NCBI GenBank assembly: GCA_963675495.1 | Contig: OY776215.1 | Location: 1,920,001-1,984,000, forward strand | Direction of reading: 5' to 3' | DNA length: 64,000 nucleotides | Source: an uncultured Methanolobus sp. | GTDB lineage: Archaea > Halobacteriota > Methanosarcinia > Methanosarcinales > Methanosarcinaceae | Shown: in pieces, positions 20,506-30,554 of the stretch | Position numbering within the stretch: position 1 is the stretch's first letter | How the letters are laid out: each line of letters starts with the position of its first letter | Translations under genes and position numbers: made by a program | Notes under the pieces: generated by a model | Seen by the model: the letters and a program-made list of their open reading frames with translations, nothing else | Database searches by the model: none | Told to the model about the DNA's origin: nothing

Positions 20506-22692
20506 ATGAGCGGCAAAAGCGGATACATGAGATATTTTCCCAAAGAAACCTGTTATCCAAATCAGCAGGAGGCAATGGACAAGATCCATTCTTCCCTCAT
20601 AAACAAAGAGATCATACTTTTTGAAGGAGCGTGTGGTACGGGTAAGACTCTCAGTGCCCTGGCACCTTCTCTGAATGTGGGGAAACAACTCCAAAAAACA
20701 GTGATCATAGCTACTAATGTTCATCAGCAGATGGTCCAGTTCATCAACGAGGCACGTGATATCAGGCAAACGAACGACCTGAAGGTTGCAGTGGTAAAAG
20801 GCAAGTCTGCAATGTGTCCTAATGAGACTGATTATGAAGAATGCAGGCTCAAACGCGAGAATACTTTTGAACTTCTGGAAACCGAAAGGGAGGTCGTTCT
20901 CAAGAAACAGGAAATGAAGTCTGCGTTTGAGAATTACAAACGGTCAAAAGACCCTGCACTTGTGGCACTTCGCGATGCTCTTTCAAAGGAGCTGGATGTT
21001 GCCGAGGAAAAAGCAACAGAACTTCGTAAACGTTCATGTGATGAACTTTATGAGGTGCTGCGTTACGACGGTGAAACTTTCAGGCAATGGCTGTTCGATG
21101 ATGTGCGTACCCCTGAGGAAGTAAATGAATATGCTTTACAGAAAGGGATGTGCGGCTATGAGCTACTGAAACGTGAACTTAAGCATGCAGAACTTGTTAT
21201 CTGCAATTTCCATCACGTATTGAATGCGGATATATTCATGAGAGTGCTCAACTGGCTTGAAAAGGAGCCACAGGATGTCATTGTTATATTTGACGAGGCA
21301 CATAATATTGAATCTGCCGCAAGATCACATTCATCTATTACTATCACAGAGCATACGCTTGAGAAAGCGATTGCGGAAATCGAAGCGAATGTCGATCAGA
21401 TGCCAGATAGCGGTGCTCATAATTTATTAAAGATGCTTCATAATGTCATGATGGAGATCTATAACTCCCGTTTCAAGTTCGGTGAGCGGGAGAGGGTTGG
21501 AAGACACTGGTATGATATGCGTATAAGTGACCCCTACGAGCGTAATGATATGGTCGGAGGTAAGTTCCTTAAGCTTGCAAAGGACGCAGGTTTCAAAGAC
21601 GAGACATCTATACAGAAAACACTTTCAGAGGCAAGTGCATTCGGTGAAATGCTTGATGAGAATTATCGTGAACAATATAAGAAAGGCTTGAGCGGAGTCC
21701 TTAAGCGCTCAAACATACGCTATGCTGCAGATTTCCTGTCATCGTATCTTGTGCTTTCTAATAATCTGAACTACTATCCGGTCCTAAATGTCAGGCGTGA
21801 TCTTAGTGATGAAATATATGGTCGTATCGAACTTTTTACATGTATTCCTAAGAATGTGACCGAACCTCTATTTGATTCGCTTTTCTCGGCAGTTCTTATG
21901 TCCGCCACTATGCGTCCTTTTGAAATGATAAAATCTACTTTGGGAATTGGAAGACCTACTTGCGAGATCGCTTATGCAACATCATTCCCTGAGGACAAAC
22001 GTCTGACACTATCAGTTTCAGTTCCGCCTTTGTTTGCAAAGACCAGAGATGACCCTCAGACATTACAGGCTCTTGAAGAGGTCATTTTTGATGCCATAGA
22101 GTACAGTGAAGGCAATGTTATCATTTTTTTCCAGAGCTCATTTGAAGCCAGAAGATACTATAAAAAACTGGAATCCAGGGTAGATGCACCTGTTTTCCTT
22201 GATGAGGTTGGTGTTTCATCTCAGGAGATAAGGGAGGATTTCTTCAAAATGGGAGAGTCCGGTGGCAAAGCCGTACTTGTTTCGTATCTCTGGGGTACAC
22301 TTAGTGAAGGTATCGATTATCGTGATGGCAGAGGCAGGACAGTTATAATAGTAGGTGTCGGTTATCCGGCTCTAAATGACCGGATGAACGCTGTAGAGTC
22401 GGCTTATGATCACACGTTCGGCTACGGTGCAGGATGGGAGTATGCCGTGCAGGTGCCAACCATTCGTAAGATACGTCAGGCCATGGGCAGGGTCGTACGC
22501 TCGCCAGTTGACTATGGTGTGAGGATACTTCTTGACGGGCGTTTTACTACATCTGCTCCTAAAAAATTCGGAAAATTCTCAGTATTTGAGATATTTCCTC
22601 CCGAGGAAAGGGAAGAGTTCATTGATGTGGAACCCCAGAAAGTTAAATACTCTCTTATGAATTTCTTCCAGGACAATACAGAGTCCCAATAA
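20506..22692 (+). CDS. XPD/Rad3-type ATP-dependent DNA helicase
   Basis: YPNQ Q-motif, EGACGTGKT, Cys residues in the FeS region, FDEAHN, MSAT, SEGIDY, QAMGRVVR. Confidence 0.92.
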   Translation: MSGKSGYMRYFPKETCYPNQQEAMDKIHSSLINKEIILFEGACGTGKTLSALAPSLNVGKQLQKTVIIATNVHQQMVQFINEARDIRQTNDLKVAVVKGKSAMCPNETDYEECRLKRENTFELLETEREVVLKKQEMKSAFENYKRSKDPALVALRDALSKELDVAEEKATELRKRSCDELYEVLRYDGETFRQWLFDDVRTPEEVNEYALQKGMCGYELLKRELKHAELVICNFHHVLNADIFMRVLNWLEKEPQDVIVIFDEAHNIESAARSHSSITITEHTLEKAIAEIEANVDQMPDSGAHNLLKMLHNVMMEIYNSRFKFGERERVGRHWYDMRISDPYERNDMVGGKFLKLAKDAGFKDETSIQKTLSEASAFGEMLDENYREQYKKGLSGVLKRSNIRYAADFLSSYLVLSNNLNYYPVLNVRRDLSDEIYGRIELFTCIPKNVTEPLFDSLFSAVLMSATMRPFEMIKSTLGIGRPTCEIAYATSFPEDKRLTLSVSVPPLFAKTRDDPQTLQALEEVIFDAIEYSEGNVIIFFQSSFEARRYYKKLESRVDAPVFLDEVGVSSQEIREDFFKMGESGGKAVLVSYLWGTLSEGIDYRDGRGRTVIIVGVGYPALNDRMNAVESAYDHTFGYGAGWEYAVQVPTIRKIRQAMGRVVRSPVDYGVRILLDGRFTTSAPKKFGKFSVFEIFPPEEREEFIDVEPQKVKYSLMNFFQDNTESQ

Positions 22693-22774
22693 TTTCTAAT
22701 GCTATGGTTTTTACATAGTTCTGGTATTTTATAGAGCATGCTTCTTTATGTTTTGAATATTCGGCTTTGTGGAT

Positions 22775-22795
22775 TTCCTCATTTGAACAACAAAT
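22775..22795 (+). repeat. 21-bp direct repeat, left copy (TTCCTCATTTGAACAACAAAT)
   Basis: Identical to 24625..24645; brackets the PEF-CTERM gene. Confidence 0.85.
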
Positions 22796-23183
22796 GTAAC
22801 CTTACCACCTCTATCAAATAATGCAGCCTAGAAGAGGAATATTAAAAATCTTATTTTTCATTTTTGATACTTTTTAGCACTGTTTAACACTACAATTGAT
22901 TTATTTATCAGAATTATGCATTTTGACAATTATTTGACTTGGGTATATTGGTGGGTGGTTTAGCAGGGGATAATCACCCTTAAATTGAGTTTCACAATCT
23001 TTATATACAAACATACTAAATGTAAAATGGGAGATGTTGTCTGTGTGGGATCAGTACAATCATATTTTCTTAGGCTTAGTTTGGACTGGAATTGAATTTA
23101 CTTAGTTTAAACTTTAATCCGATTTCACTATCATATGCAGACAAAAACCAAAAATTGGCTTAAACGCAAATTGGTGGTATGAT

Positions 23184-24578
23184 ATGAAAATAAAATATAT
23201 GGCAATATTAGTTGTCTTAATAGTACTTTTGGGGGTAGGGGGTGCTTCTGCAAAATCACTGTATGTGATTGATAACATCAATGCAAACCCGACTCCAATA
23301 AGTGCATATGACATAGTTGGTAACCAAATAGTTTACCAGACTACAAACACAGTTCCAGCCTTTGCAGGTGGAGCCGTTGGTCTTGGCGTTGATACCGATT
23401 CAGCATATCTTTTTGTGACCTACGAAAACTCAAACCTGATAAGTATTGTCAATGCTACGACAATGACCGTGCCAGCATCAAGTCCGGTAACTGCACCCGG
23501 TGCAAGTAACCTTGCAGGTGTTGTAGTTGATCAGGATGCGCAAAAGGTCTATACCATGGACAGGAATACAAACACACTCTATGTCTATTCTTGGGATTCA
23601 ACCGGACCTACGCTGAGTCTTGATGGCACTCATAGCCTAACTGGTGTTTCGCTAGCGCATGGAATTGCACTGGACGAGACAAATGATCTGCTTTATGTTG
23701 GAGACAGAACAACGCAAGTAAAGATATTTAACACAGGAACATGGACTCCTGCAGGCAGTTTCACAGTTTCACAGGCAGCTATGGGAATTGCTGTTGATGT
23801 TGCAAATGGATACGTATACACAGGGAATGCATATCCAGGATACGGAAGTATTGGTATCCTGAGTCAATACAACCTTGGAACTTCCACTGAAGCAACTGTC
23901 AATGTCGGTACTTTGACAGGTTACTCAGGTGATAATGCAGTGGGTGTTGCAGTTGACCCTTCAACTGGACTTGTATATGTAACTACAGGAAATCAGGGAA
24001 GCGGTGGTTCTGATAGATTGCTGGCACTCAACAGTGCCCTTAGCCTTACCGATACAACCGAAGATATTGGAAATCCTACCGGACTTTGCATACCTGGTAC
24101 AGGAATATCCTATAATCCACTAAGTTTTGGCAAGGATGATGGCCTGGCAACAACTGGTGCTAGTAGCCAGATTACCTATGCCCTGAGTTACACCAACACC
24201 AATCCAACGCCTGTAACAGGTGTCACTATTACTGACACTTTGCCAGCAGATGTTAGCTTTGTATCTGCTACAGGAACTTATGCACTAAGTAGCGGTGTTA
24301 TTACCTGGGACATTGGAACTCTTGCACCCGGAGAGACAGGATCAGTCACAGTTACAGTGCAGGAATCTTCAGGTGTAGCAAGGACATTGACCAATGATGC
24401 TACAATTGACAGTCTGGAGACCGCTCAAACCACACAGTCAGATGATACAGAGATTACTACAGGTAGTACTGGTGGTGGTGGTAATGGTGGTGAAATCCCA
24501 GAATTCCCAACCATTGCACTTCCAGTGGTAGCGATACTTGGTCTGGCATTTGTAATGCAGCGTAGAAAAGAGAAGTAA
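23184..24578 (+). CDS. PEF-CTERM cell-surface protein (beta-propeller-like repeats + DUF11 domain)
   Basis: Signal peptide, G(I/V)AVD...LY repeats, DUF11 (VTITDTLP..VSFVSA..WDIGTLAPG), IPEFPT + TM + RRKEK. Confidence 0.88.
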   Translation: MKIKYMAILVVLIVLLGVGGASAKSLYVIDNINANPTPISAYDIVGNQIVYQTTNTVPAFAGGAVGLGVDTDSAYLFVTYENSNLISIVNATTMTVPASSPVTAPGASNLAGVVVDQDAQKVYTMDRNTNTLYVYSWDSTGPTLSLDGTHSLTGVSLAHGIALDETNDLLYVGDRTTQVKIFNTGTWTPAGSFTVSQAAMGIAVDVANGYVYTGNAYPGYGSIGILSQYNLGTSTEATVNVGTLTGYSGDNAVGVAVDPSTGLVYVTTGNQGSGGSDRLLALNSALSLTDTTEDIGNPTGLCIPGTGISYNPLSFGKDDGLATTGASSQITYALSYTNTNPTPVTGVTITDTLPADVSFVSATGTYALSSGVITWDIGTLAPGETGSVTVTVQESSGVARTLTNDATIDSLETAQTTQSDDTEITTGSTGGGGNGGEIPEFPTIALPVVAILGLAFVMQRRKEK

Positions 24579-24624
24579 GGCCTGAATTCTTACTTTTCAT
24601 TTCTTATTTTTTGGTTTTGTAGAA

Positions 24625-24645
24625 TTCCTCATTTGAACAACAAAT
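24625..24645 (+). repeat. 21-bp direct repeat, right copy
   Basis: Identical to 22775..22795. Confidence 0.85.
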
Positions 24646-25055
24646 ATGGATTGGTATGCCTGTCAAGGCTCGAATTAATAATTTGAATTTAATCTTTTTT
24701 GTTTGATCCCAGTATTTTTTCTTTCAGTTTATTCACTACTTAATAAATTTTTGCAACTATTGCTATGGAGGTGTGACTTTTCTGGTTTAGCTAGTGCTGT
24801 ATCAACAAACATTAACTAGTAATTAGGCAAGTCATTAAATCTGGATTTAGTGAGAGTTTTAGATTTCCAATCTGGAATAAACATAATAATTCCTTTTGTG
24901 CTTTCTTGTGATATATACTACTCAAGAGGACTGATTATTTTTAAATAATGATGTTAATATTAAATATAAGGTGAGTTTTCTACAGAGCCGAATATTTTTT
25001 TAACTGGCAAGTGATATTACTAATGAAAGTCCATTATTCTTAAAGGGGTTTTAGT

Positions 25056-25469
25056 ATGGCACTTGAAGATCTCATGAAAGAAGTATCCGCAGAGCTTGAA
25101 AGACTTGTTAGCACCAAGACCGTTGTCGGGGAGACCATGGTTGTTGGAGATACCACCATTATTCCGGTTACCAAGGTTTCATTTGGGTTTGGAAGTGGCG
25201 GCGGCGAGGGTAAGAAGAAAGGTGAGGAAGAAGGCTTTGGTGGCGGTGGTGGAGCAGGTGCAAAGATAGAGCCTGTGGCATTCATTGTAGTTTCACCAGA
25301 AGGCACACGTCTGATGTCTTTATCTGGTCAGACTGATTTTGGCAAGATACTTGAGTCGGTTCCGGGAATGATAGAGAAAATCAGGTCAATGAAGAAGTCA
25401 AAGAAAGGTGAGAGCTGTCAGGACGATTCAGAACCCTGCGAAGGGACAGATGAGTCTTCTGAAGACTGA
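25056..25469 (+). CDS. GerW/YtfJ family protein
   Basis: TVVGE....G..TIIPV.KVSFGFGSGGGEG...GGGGGAGA.IEPVAFIVV. Confidence 0.9.
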   Translation: MALEDLMKEVSAELERLVSTKTVVGETMVVGDTTIIPVTKVSFGFGSGGGEGKKKGEEEGFGGGGGAGAKIEPVAFIVVSPEGTRLMSLSGQTDFGKILESVPGMIEKIRSMKKSKKGESCQDDSEPCEGTDESSED

Positions 25470-25508
25470 TCCTTCTATTTTTATTTATTATCCTGCCGTG
25501 GAGCAGCC

Positions 25509-26186
25509 ATGTTATCTGCCTTAATGGTCATACTGCTTCTTATCGTACTTGCTGTACTCTTAGTTTTGTTAGTTCTCTTTACTGCTATTGATATTATTTT
25601 TGAAGCGAAGGGCTCCGGCAGTGATATAGAACATAGTGTTACTGTCCATTGGTTACTGTTTTCCAAACAGGTTAGTCCGACAAAGGACGGTGAGGATGAG
25701 GATATCCATGAAGAAATAAAAGAGGCAGAAAAATTTGTCACCGAAAAGGTAACAGGGCAGTTTCAGAAACCAAAAAAAGAAAAGAAGTCCAGAGATTTAT
25801 CTTTCTCCGAAATATTGCAGGCTTTCAGACAACTGAAGTCCCCAGCGATCAAGTTGTTGCAGGGGATGATTCATGCCATCAGGATACCATATGCAAGGGT
25901 CAATATGGTTTTTGGGTTTCATGACCCTGCATATACAGGAATTGCATACGGTTATGCCCATGCGTTGAAGGGTTATTTTGCATGCCACTCCGAAAACCTG
26001 AAAATGCAACTGGAACCGGACTTTATTGATAGCAGGCTGGACCTTGACATGAAAGGGGCTGTCAGGATCAGATTGTATCGCTTTATTCTAGTGATTCTGT
26101 TCTTTGTTCTGGACAGGAATGTGCTGCGTTTTTCATGGCAGTTTCTTATTAAAAGATATTCTAAAAGGTCAAGTGTTAATCTTTAA
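25509..26186 (+). CDS. DUF2953 (YtfI-like) membrane protein
   Basis: N-terminal TM, FGF.DPA.TG..YG and PDF motifs; the usual partner of YtfJ. Confidence 0.82.
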   Translation: MLSALMVILLLIVLAVLLVLLVLFTAIDIIFEAKGSGSDIEHSVTVHWLLFSKQVSPTKDGEDEDIHEEIKEAEKFVTEKVTGQFQKPKKEKKSRDLSFSEILQAFRQLKSPAIKLLQGMIHAIRIPYARVNMVFGFHDPAYTGIAYGYAHALKGYFACHSENLKMQLEPDFIDSRLDLDMKGAVRIRLYRFILVILFFVLDRNVLRFSWQFLIKRYSKRSSVNL

Positions 26187-26213
26187 TAGTATGTGTCACT
26201 GATACTTCATGAC

Positions 26214-27173
26214 ATGATTACTATTAAGTCCCCATCAAGGCTCCATCTCACTCTTATTGATATGAATGCCGGTCTTGGCAGAGTGGATGGTGGCGCAGGT
26301 ATTTCTTTGGCCTCACCTCATGTTGTGATCAATGCAGAGAAATCAGATACTATTGAAGTGTTGGGTGACTCGTTCCTTGGGGAAAGGATGGAAAATGCTG
26401 TGAAGCAAGTCCTTCCTGAAGGTGAAGGTATTATTCTTAATGTCGAAGAAGACATGATGGCACATGTCGGTTTTGGTTCTGGTACACAGGCAGGTTTATC
26501 TGCGGCGGCGGCTGTTAATGATTTATATGATCTGGGCATGAGTGTAAGAGAGCTTGCCATTGCAGTAGGACGCGGAGGCACTTCAGGAATTGGTGTAGCG
26601 TCATTTGAGATGGGTGGTTTCATTGTTGACGGAGGTCATAGATTCAGTGACAAGGGTTCATTCTCCCCATCATCTGCAAGCAGGGCAGACCCGGCTCCGG
26701 TGCTGTTCAGACATGATTTCCCTGACTGGGATATAGTGCTTGCACTTCCAGAAACCCTGGGAGCACATGATGCAAAAGAGGTCAATATATTCCAGAAGGA
26801 ATGTCCTATTCCTCTTAATGAGGTGCAGGAGTTATCACATATAGTCCTGATGAAAATGATGCCTGCAATAATGGAGAAGGACATCGAGGCTTTTGGTTAT
26901 TGCATTAATCACATACAGAATATCGGTTTTAAGAAACGTGAAGTACAGCTTCAGCATCAGGCTGTGAGGGATGTTATGACACTGATGCAGGATAATGGTG
27001 CATATGGTGCCGGAATGAGTTCATTCGGGCCTGCAGTTTACGGTATAGTTGACAACAATGAAGATGCTGCTTATCTGCAGGAGGATGTGCAGGAACTTCT
27101 TGATAATACAATAGGTGGCAGAGTGATTGTCACAAAGGCAAATAATACCGGTGCGGAAATAAGGAGGGTCTGA
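26214..27173 (+). CDS. mptG: Beta-ribofuranosylaminobenzene 5'-phosphate synthase (methanopterin biosynthesis)
   Basis: PSRLH..LIDMN...GRVDGG, HVGFGSGTQ, GRGGTSGIGV, GMSSFGP GHMP-fold motifs. Confidence 0.92.
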   Translation: MITIKSPSRLHLTLIDMNAGLGRVDGGAGISLASPHVVINAEKSDTIEVLGDSFLGERMENAVKQVLPEGEGIILNVEEDMMAHVGFGSGTQAGLSAAAAVNDLYDLGMSVRELAIAVGRGGTSGIGVASFEMGGFIVDGGHRFSDKGSFSPSSASRADPAPVLFRHDFPDWDIVLALPETLGAHDAKEVNIFQKECPIPLNEVQELSHIVLMKMMPAIMEKDIEAFGYCINHIQNIGFKKREVQLQHQAVRDVMTLMQDNGAYGAGMSSFGPAVYGIVDNNEDAAYLQEDVQELLDNTIGGRVIVTKANNTGAEIRRV

Positions 27174-27174
27174 T

Positions 27175-28215
27175 ATGGAATTCACTACATGGTTTGGAAA
27201 ACTTCAGCTGGATGCCGAGGGTGAAGTAGAGGATTGTAAGCTGTTTGATAAAGACCCGCAAAAGCTGGCTGAGCTTGTCTTTGAGTCGCAGGAGAATGTG
27301 CAGGATGTTCCGCTTAAGCGTCCTGATCTCCGTAAGGCTGCTTTGGAGTCTGGCTTTGTCGAACTTGATGAGGATTACGACATACTCCTGAGGGATGTGT
27401 GTATCAGGGCTGCAAAGAGCCAGATATCACAAACTGATACTGATGATTCAAGGATCATCCAGGCGGTTGAGGCGCTGGATGATATCGATAAGAATGTGAA
27501 TGAACTCAGTGAGCGTCTCTTTGAGTGGTATGGAAGGTATTTCCCGGAACTGGATATGACAGGCGAGAAGCTTGCAAGATTTGTTTCTGCATACGGTTCA
27601 AGGGCAAATGTGCCTGAGGATCATGCATTGTTCGAAAAGTCATCAAAGTCCATGGGTGCTGAGATATCATTTGCAGATGAGGAACTTTTGAGGGCTCTTG
27701 CCAACAACATTTGCAGCCTGTATGACACCCGCAGGTATATTGAAAATTACATTAATACGAGCATGGGCTCGGTTGCACCGAACCTTTGCAACATCACAGG
27801 AGCACCTCTTGGTGCCCGCCTTATGAGCATGGCAGGAAGCTTGCAGAAACTTGCAGCTTTCCCATCCAGCACGGTTCAGGTGATTGGTGCGAACAGGGCG
27901 CTTTTCAAACACCTGCGCTCCAGAGCACCGTCCCCGAAACATGGTATTATCTTCAACAATCCGATTATCAAGAATGCGCCCTGGTGGCAGAGAGGCAAGC
28001 TTGCAAGGACACTTGCTTCCAAAATAAGCCTTGCAGCAAGGACTGATTTCTATTCCGGTGAACTGGAGCCATCTATCAAAGAGGCTCTTGAAAAGAAATT
28101 GGAACACATTAGAAATACTAACCCAACTCCGCCAAAAAGGGAACCAAAGCCCCAGTCAAAGGGCAAAGGCGGTAAAAAAACACACAGAGGCAAAAGAAAA
28201 GGAGGTAAGCGCTAA
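27175..28215 (+). CDS. nop5: Nop5 (Nop56/58) C/D box sRNP protein
   Basis: LSERL.EWYG..FPEL, VAPNL....GA.LGARL, P.STVQVIGA..ALF, PKHGIIF, RGKLAR; basic tail. Confidence 0.93.
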   Translation: MEFTTWFGKLQLDAEGEVEDCKLFDKDPQKLAELVFESQENVQDVPLKRPDLRKAALESGFVELDEDYDILLRDVCIRAAKSQISQTDTDDSRIIQAVEALDDIDKNVNELSERLFEWYGRYFPELDMTGEKLARFVSAYGSRANVPEDHALFEKSSKSMGAEISFADEELLRALANNICSLYDTRRYIENYINTSMGSVAPNLCNITGAPLGARLMSMAGSLQKLAAFPSSTVQVIGANRALFKHLRSRAPSPKHGIIFNNPIIKNAPWWQRGKLARTLASKISLAARTDFYSGELEPSIKEALEKKLEHIRNTNPTPPKREPKPQSKGKGGKKTHRGKRKGGKR

Positions 28216-28907
28216 TGCCAGTTAAAGAATTATATCGCGGTATTTATGAATTGGACATCGATGACAGGAAGATGCTTGCAACCAAGAATATCATGCCTGG
28301 TATGAGTGTCTACGGCGAGCGTCTCATTATTGGTGACGACATAGAATACCGCCAGTGGGACCCCAGTAGAAGTAAACTTGGAGCCATGGTGCTCAAGAAC
28401 TTTGAGATTCCAATAGAACCAGATTCCGCAGTACTCTATCTTGGTGCAGCCTCAGGAACAACAGTAAGCCATGTCTCCGACATACTTACAGACGGTCTGG
28501 TCTACGCAGTTGAGTTCTCCCCACGCACAATGCGTGACTTGATCCAGCTCTGCGACCAGCGCCCGAACATAATCCCGATACTGGCCGATGCCAACAAACC
28601 CCAGTCCTACGCTCACATCGTGGAAAAAGCTGATGTCATTTTCCAGGACGTAGCCCAGTCCAACCAGGCCGAGATAGCCGCCGTCAATTCAAAATACTTC
28701 TTAGAAGAGGACGGTCACCTGATGCTCTCCATCAAGTCAAGAAGCATCGACACCACAGCCAGCCCCAAAAAGATATTCAAGGAAGAGGTCCGAAAACTGG
28801 AAAGCGACTTTGACATTGAATTCGAGGTGTTGCAAAGAAAGGAGCTTGCCCCGTTCCACGAGGATCATTTAGGTCTGGTGGCACGGATGTTCGTGGATGA
28901 AGAGTGA
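28215..28907 (+). CDS. flpA: Fibrillarin-like rRNA/tRNA 2'-O-methyltransferase
   Basis: VYGE, WDP.RSKL, VLYLGAASGTTVSH, AVEFSPR, FQDVAQ, KSRSID. Confidence 0.96.
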   Translation: MPVKELYRGIYELDIDDRKMLATKNIMPGMSVYGERLIIGDDIEYRQWDPSRSKLGAMVLKNFEIPIEPDSAVLYLGAASGTTVSHVSDILTDGLVYAVEFSPRTMRDLIQLCDQRPNIIPILADANKPQSYAHIVEKADVIFQDVAQSNQAEIAAVNSKYFLEEDGHLMLSIKSRSIDTTASPKKIFKEEVRKLESDFDIEFEVLQRKELAPFHEDHLGLVARMFVDEE

Positions 28908-29032
28908 AGTAAGTTGTATGTAATAAGGTTTTTTGGATATAGTACATGTGCTTCCATACGCCGTAGGCGGCACATTCTATTATCACCAATAATCTGTAAC
29001 ACATAAGCAATAACAGCAATTTTAAATATGTT

Positions 29033-30289
29033 TTATTCCAGCATCCATTTCCAGATGGGCTTTACAGTTATTTTTTTACCATTCATCTCGATTTCATCTT
29101 CGGTGTCATCTGTAAGAATAAGACCTTCCTTTAATTTGTAGGTCTTTAAAGCTTCAAAGAGTCCTTCAATCTCTCTTATTTTTGTATCTGGATTTTCAAG
29201 ACTTTGTGTTACCTGGATTGCTTCTCTTATGTTGTAGCCATCCCTTATGACAAAATCACATTCTTTCTTTTCTCTGTGGTAGTAGACTTCTTCGTTTCTT
29301 CTTTTCAGTTCCATGAACACAACATTTTCAAGAATCCTTCCGTAGTCTTCGGATGTCCTGAATCCCAGTATCTTTGCTATGGCAGTATCCACGAAGTAGA
29401 CCTTTTTGTTGGAATATACCTGTTTTTTAAGGGAAGTAGAGAATTTTGGCACAAGAAATGCAAGGTAGCTGTTCTCGAGGTACTCGAAGTATTCCTTTAC
29501 TGTTGTTGCACTGGAGAGTCCGGTAAGTTTTTTGATATTGTTGTAACTGATCTCTTTTGCGATATTGGATGCTGCAAAGTAAGCTGTTGTTTTCAGTGCT
29601 TTTTCATCTTTGAGATTATATCTTGCAACTATATCTCTGTAGATTATGTTCTCATACAGTGTCTTGATGTAGAGTTCATCCCGAGTTTTCACAAATTCCG
29701 GTATTCCGCCAGCTTCAATATACTCATTGAAGTGTTTTTTAATCGTACTCTTCTCAACGGTTGTAAGCACGTCTGACAAAGGCAGCTCATATTTTTTGAA
29801 ATCAAGAAATTCCCTGAACGAATAAGGGTACAACGAATAACTCAGATGCCTGCCAGTCAGATGAGTTCCCATCTCCCGACTCAGCATGCTTGCATTTGAA
29901 CCCGTAACGTATATCTTTTTTCCACCGTCATGCAGCCGCCTGACAAATCTCTCCCAGCCCGGTATGTTCTGTATCTCATCAAAAAAGTAAGTATTTCTTT
30001 CACCATATAGTTCGATAAGAATCTCCTGCATCATCTGGAAATCTTCAATTGTAAAATCAAATAATCTCTCATCGTCAAAGTTCACAAAAAAACTCTCATG
30101 AAGCTTCTCCTTCCTAACCTCTCCCATAAGCGTTGATTTCCCAACCCTGCGAAGCCCTGCCACTATGACGATAAGATCAGACTTCTTACTCTTAACCTCA
30201 TCCAACAACTCCCTTTTAACCAGTTCCTTCTCATCTTTGACCTGATTGTTCTGCTCTTTTAGCAGGATTTTTAGTCTCTCTTTGTCCAT
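29033..30289 (-). CDS. AAA+ ATPase with DUF4143-type C-terminal domain
   Basis: GLRRVGKST, FFDEIQ, VTGSNAS.LS.E..T.LTGR, GGIPE, KKVYFVDT, ENVVF.EL, ECDF, IQV. Confidence 0.9.
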   Translation of the reverse strand: MDKERLKILLKEQNNQVKDEKELVKRELLDEVKSKKSDLIVIVAGLRRVGKSTLMGEVRKEKLHESFFVNFDDERLFDFTIEDFQMMQEILIELYGERNTYFFDEIQNIPGWERFVRRLHDGGKKIYVTGSNASMLSREMGTHLTGRHLSYSLYPYSFREFLDFKKYELPLSDVLTTVEKSTIKKHFNEYIEAGGIPEFVKTRDELYIKTLYENIIYRDIVARYNLKDEKALKTTAYFAASNIAKEISYNNIKKLTGLSSATTVKEYFEYLENSYLAFLVPKFSTSLKKQVYSNKKVYFVDTAIAKILGFRTSEDYGRILENVVFMELKRRNEEVYYHREKKECDFVIRDGYNIREAIQVTQSLENPDTKIREIEGLFEALKTYKLKEGLILTDDTEDEIEMNGKKITVKPIWKWMLE

Positions 30290-30320
30290 ACTTTTTGTTT
30301 GGAGTTAGTTGCTTATATAC

Positions 30321-30374
30321 ATTTGGTTTGCTAAACCAAATAAAAGTATGTTTATTACAATTAGCAAACCAAAT
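30321..30374. promoter_or_regulatory. Nested inverted repeats upstream of the AAA+ ATPase gene (putative operator)
   Basis: ATTTGGTTTGCTAA (30321-34) and TTAGCAAACCAAAT (30361-74) form a perfect 14-bp IR; also ATTTGGTTT-GCT-AAACCAAAT; next to TATA-like ttatatac. Confidence 0.6.
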
Positions 30375-30399
30375 TTGTTCCATGGGGGCAGTTATCAGG

Positions 30400-30546
30400 C
30401 CAAAAAATATATTCAAGGAAGAGGTCCGCAAACTGGAAAGTGACTTCTACATCGAGTTTGAAGTACTGCAAAGAAAAGAGCTTGACCCGTTCCACGAGGA
30501 TCATCTAGGTTTGGTGGCACGGATGTTCGTGGATGATGAGGAATGA
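30400..30546 (+). pseudogene. Diverged duplicate of the fibrillarin (flpA) 3' end
   Basis: Codon-by-codon match to 28764..28907 (IFKEEVRKLESDF.IEFEVLQRKEL.PFHEDHLGLVARMFVD); no 5' portion. Confidence 0.9.
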
Positions 30547-30554
30547 AGGATTAG

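Noticed and set aside
30295-30546. 83-aa ORF as an independent gene
   Set aside because: Its N-terminal part is translated promoter/palindrome sequence and its C-terminal part is the duplicated flpA tail.
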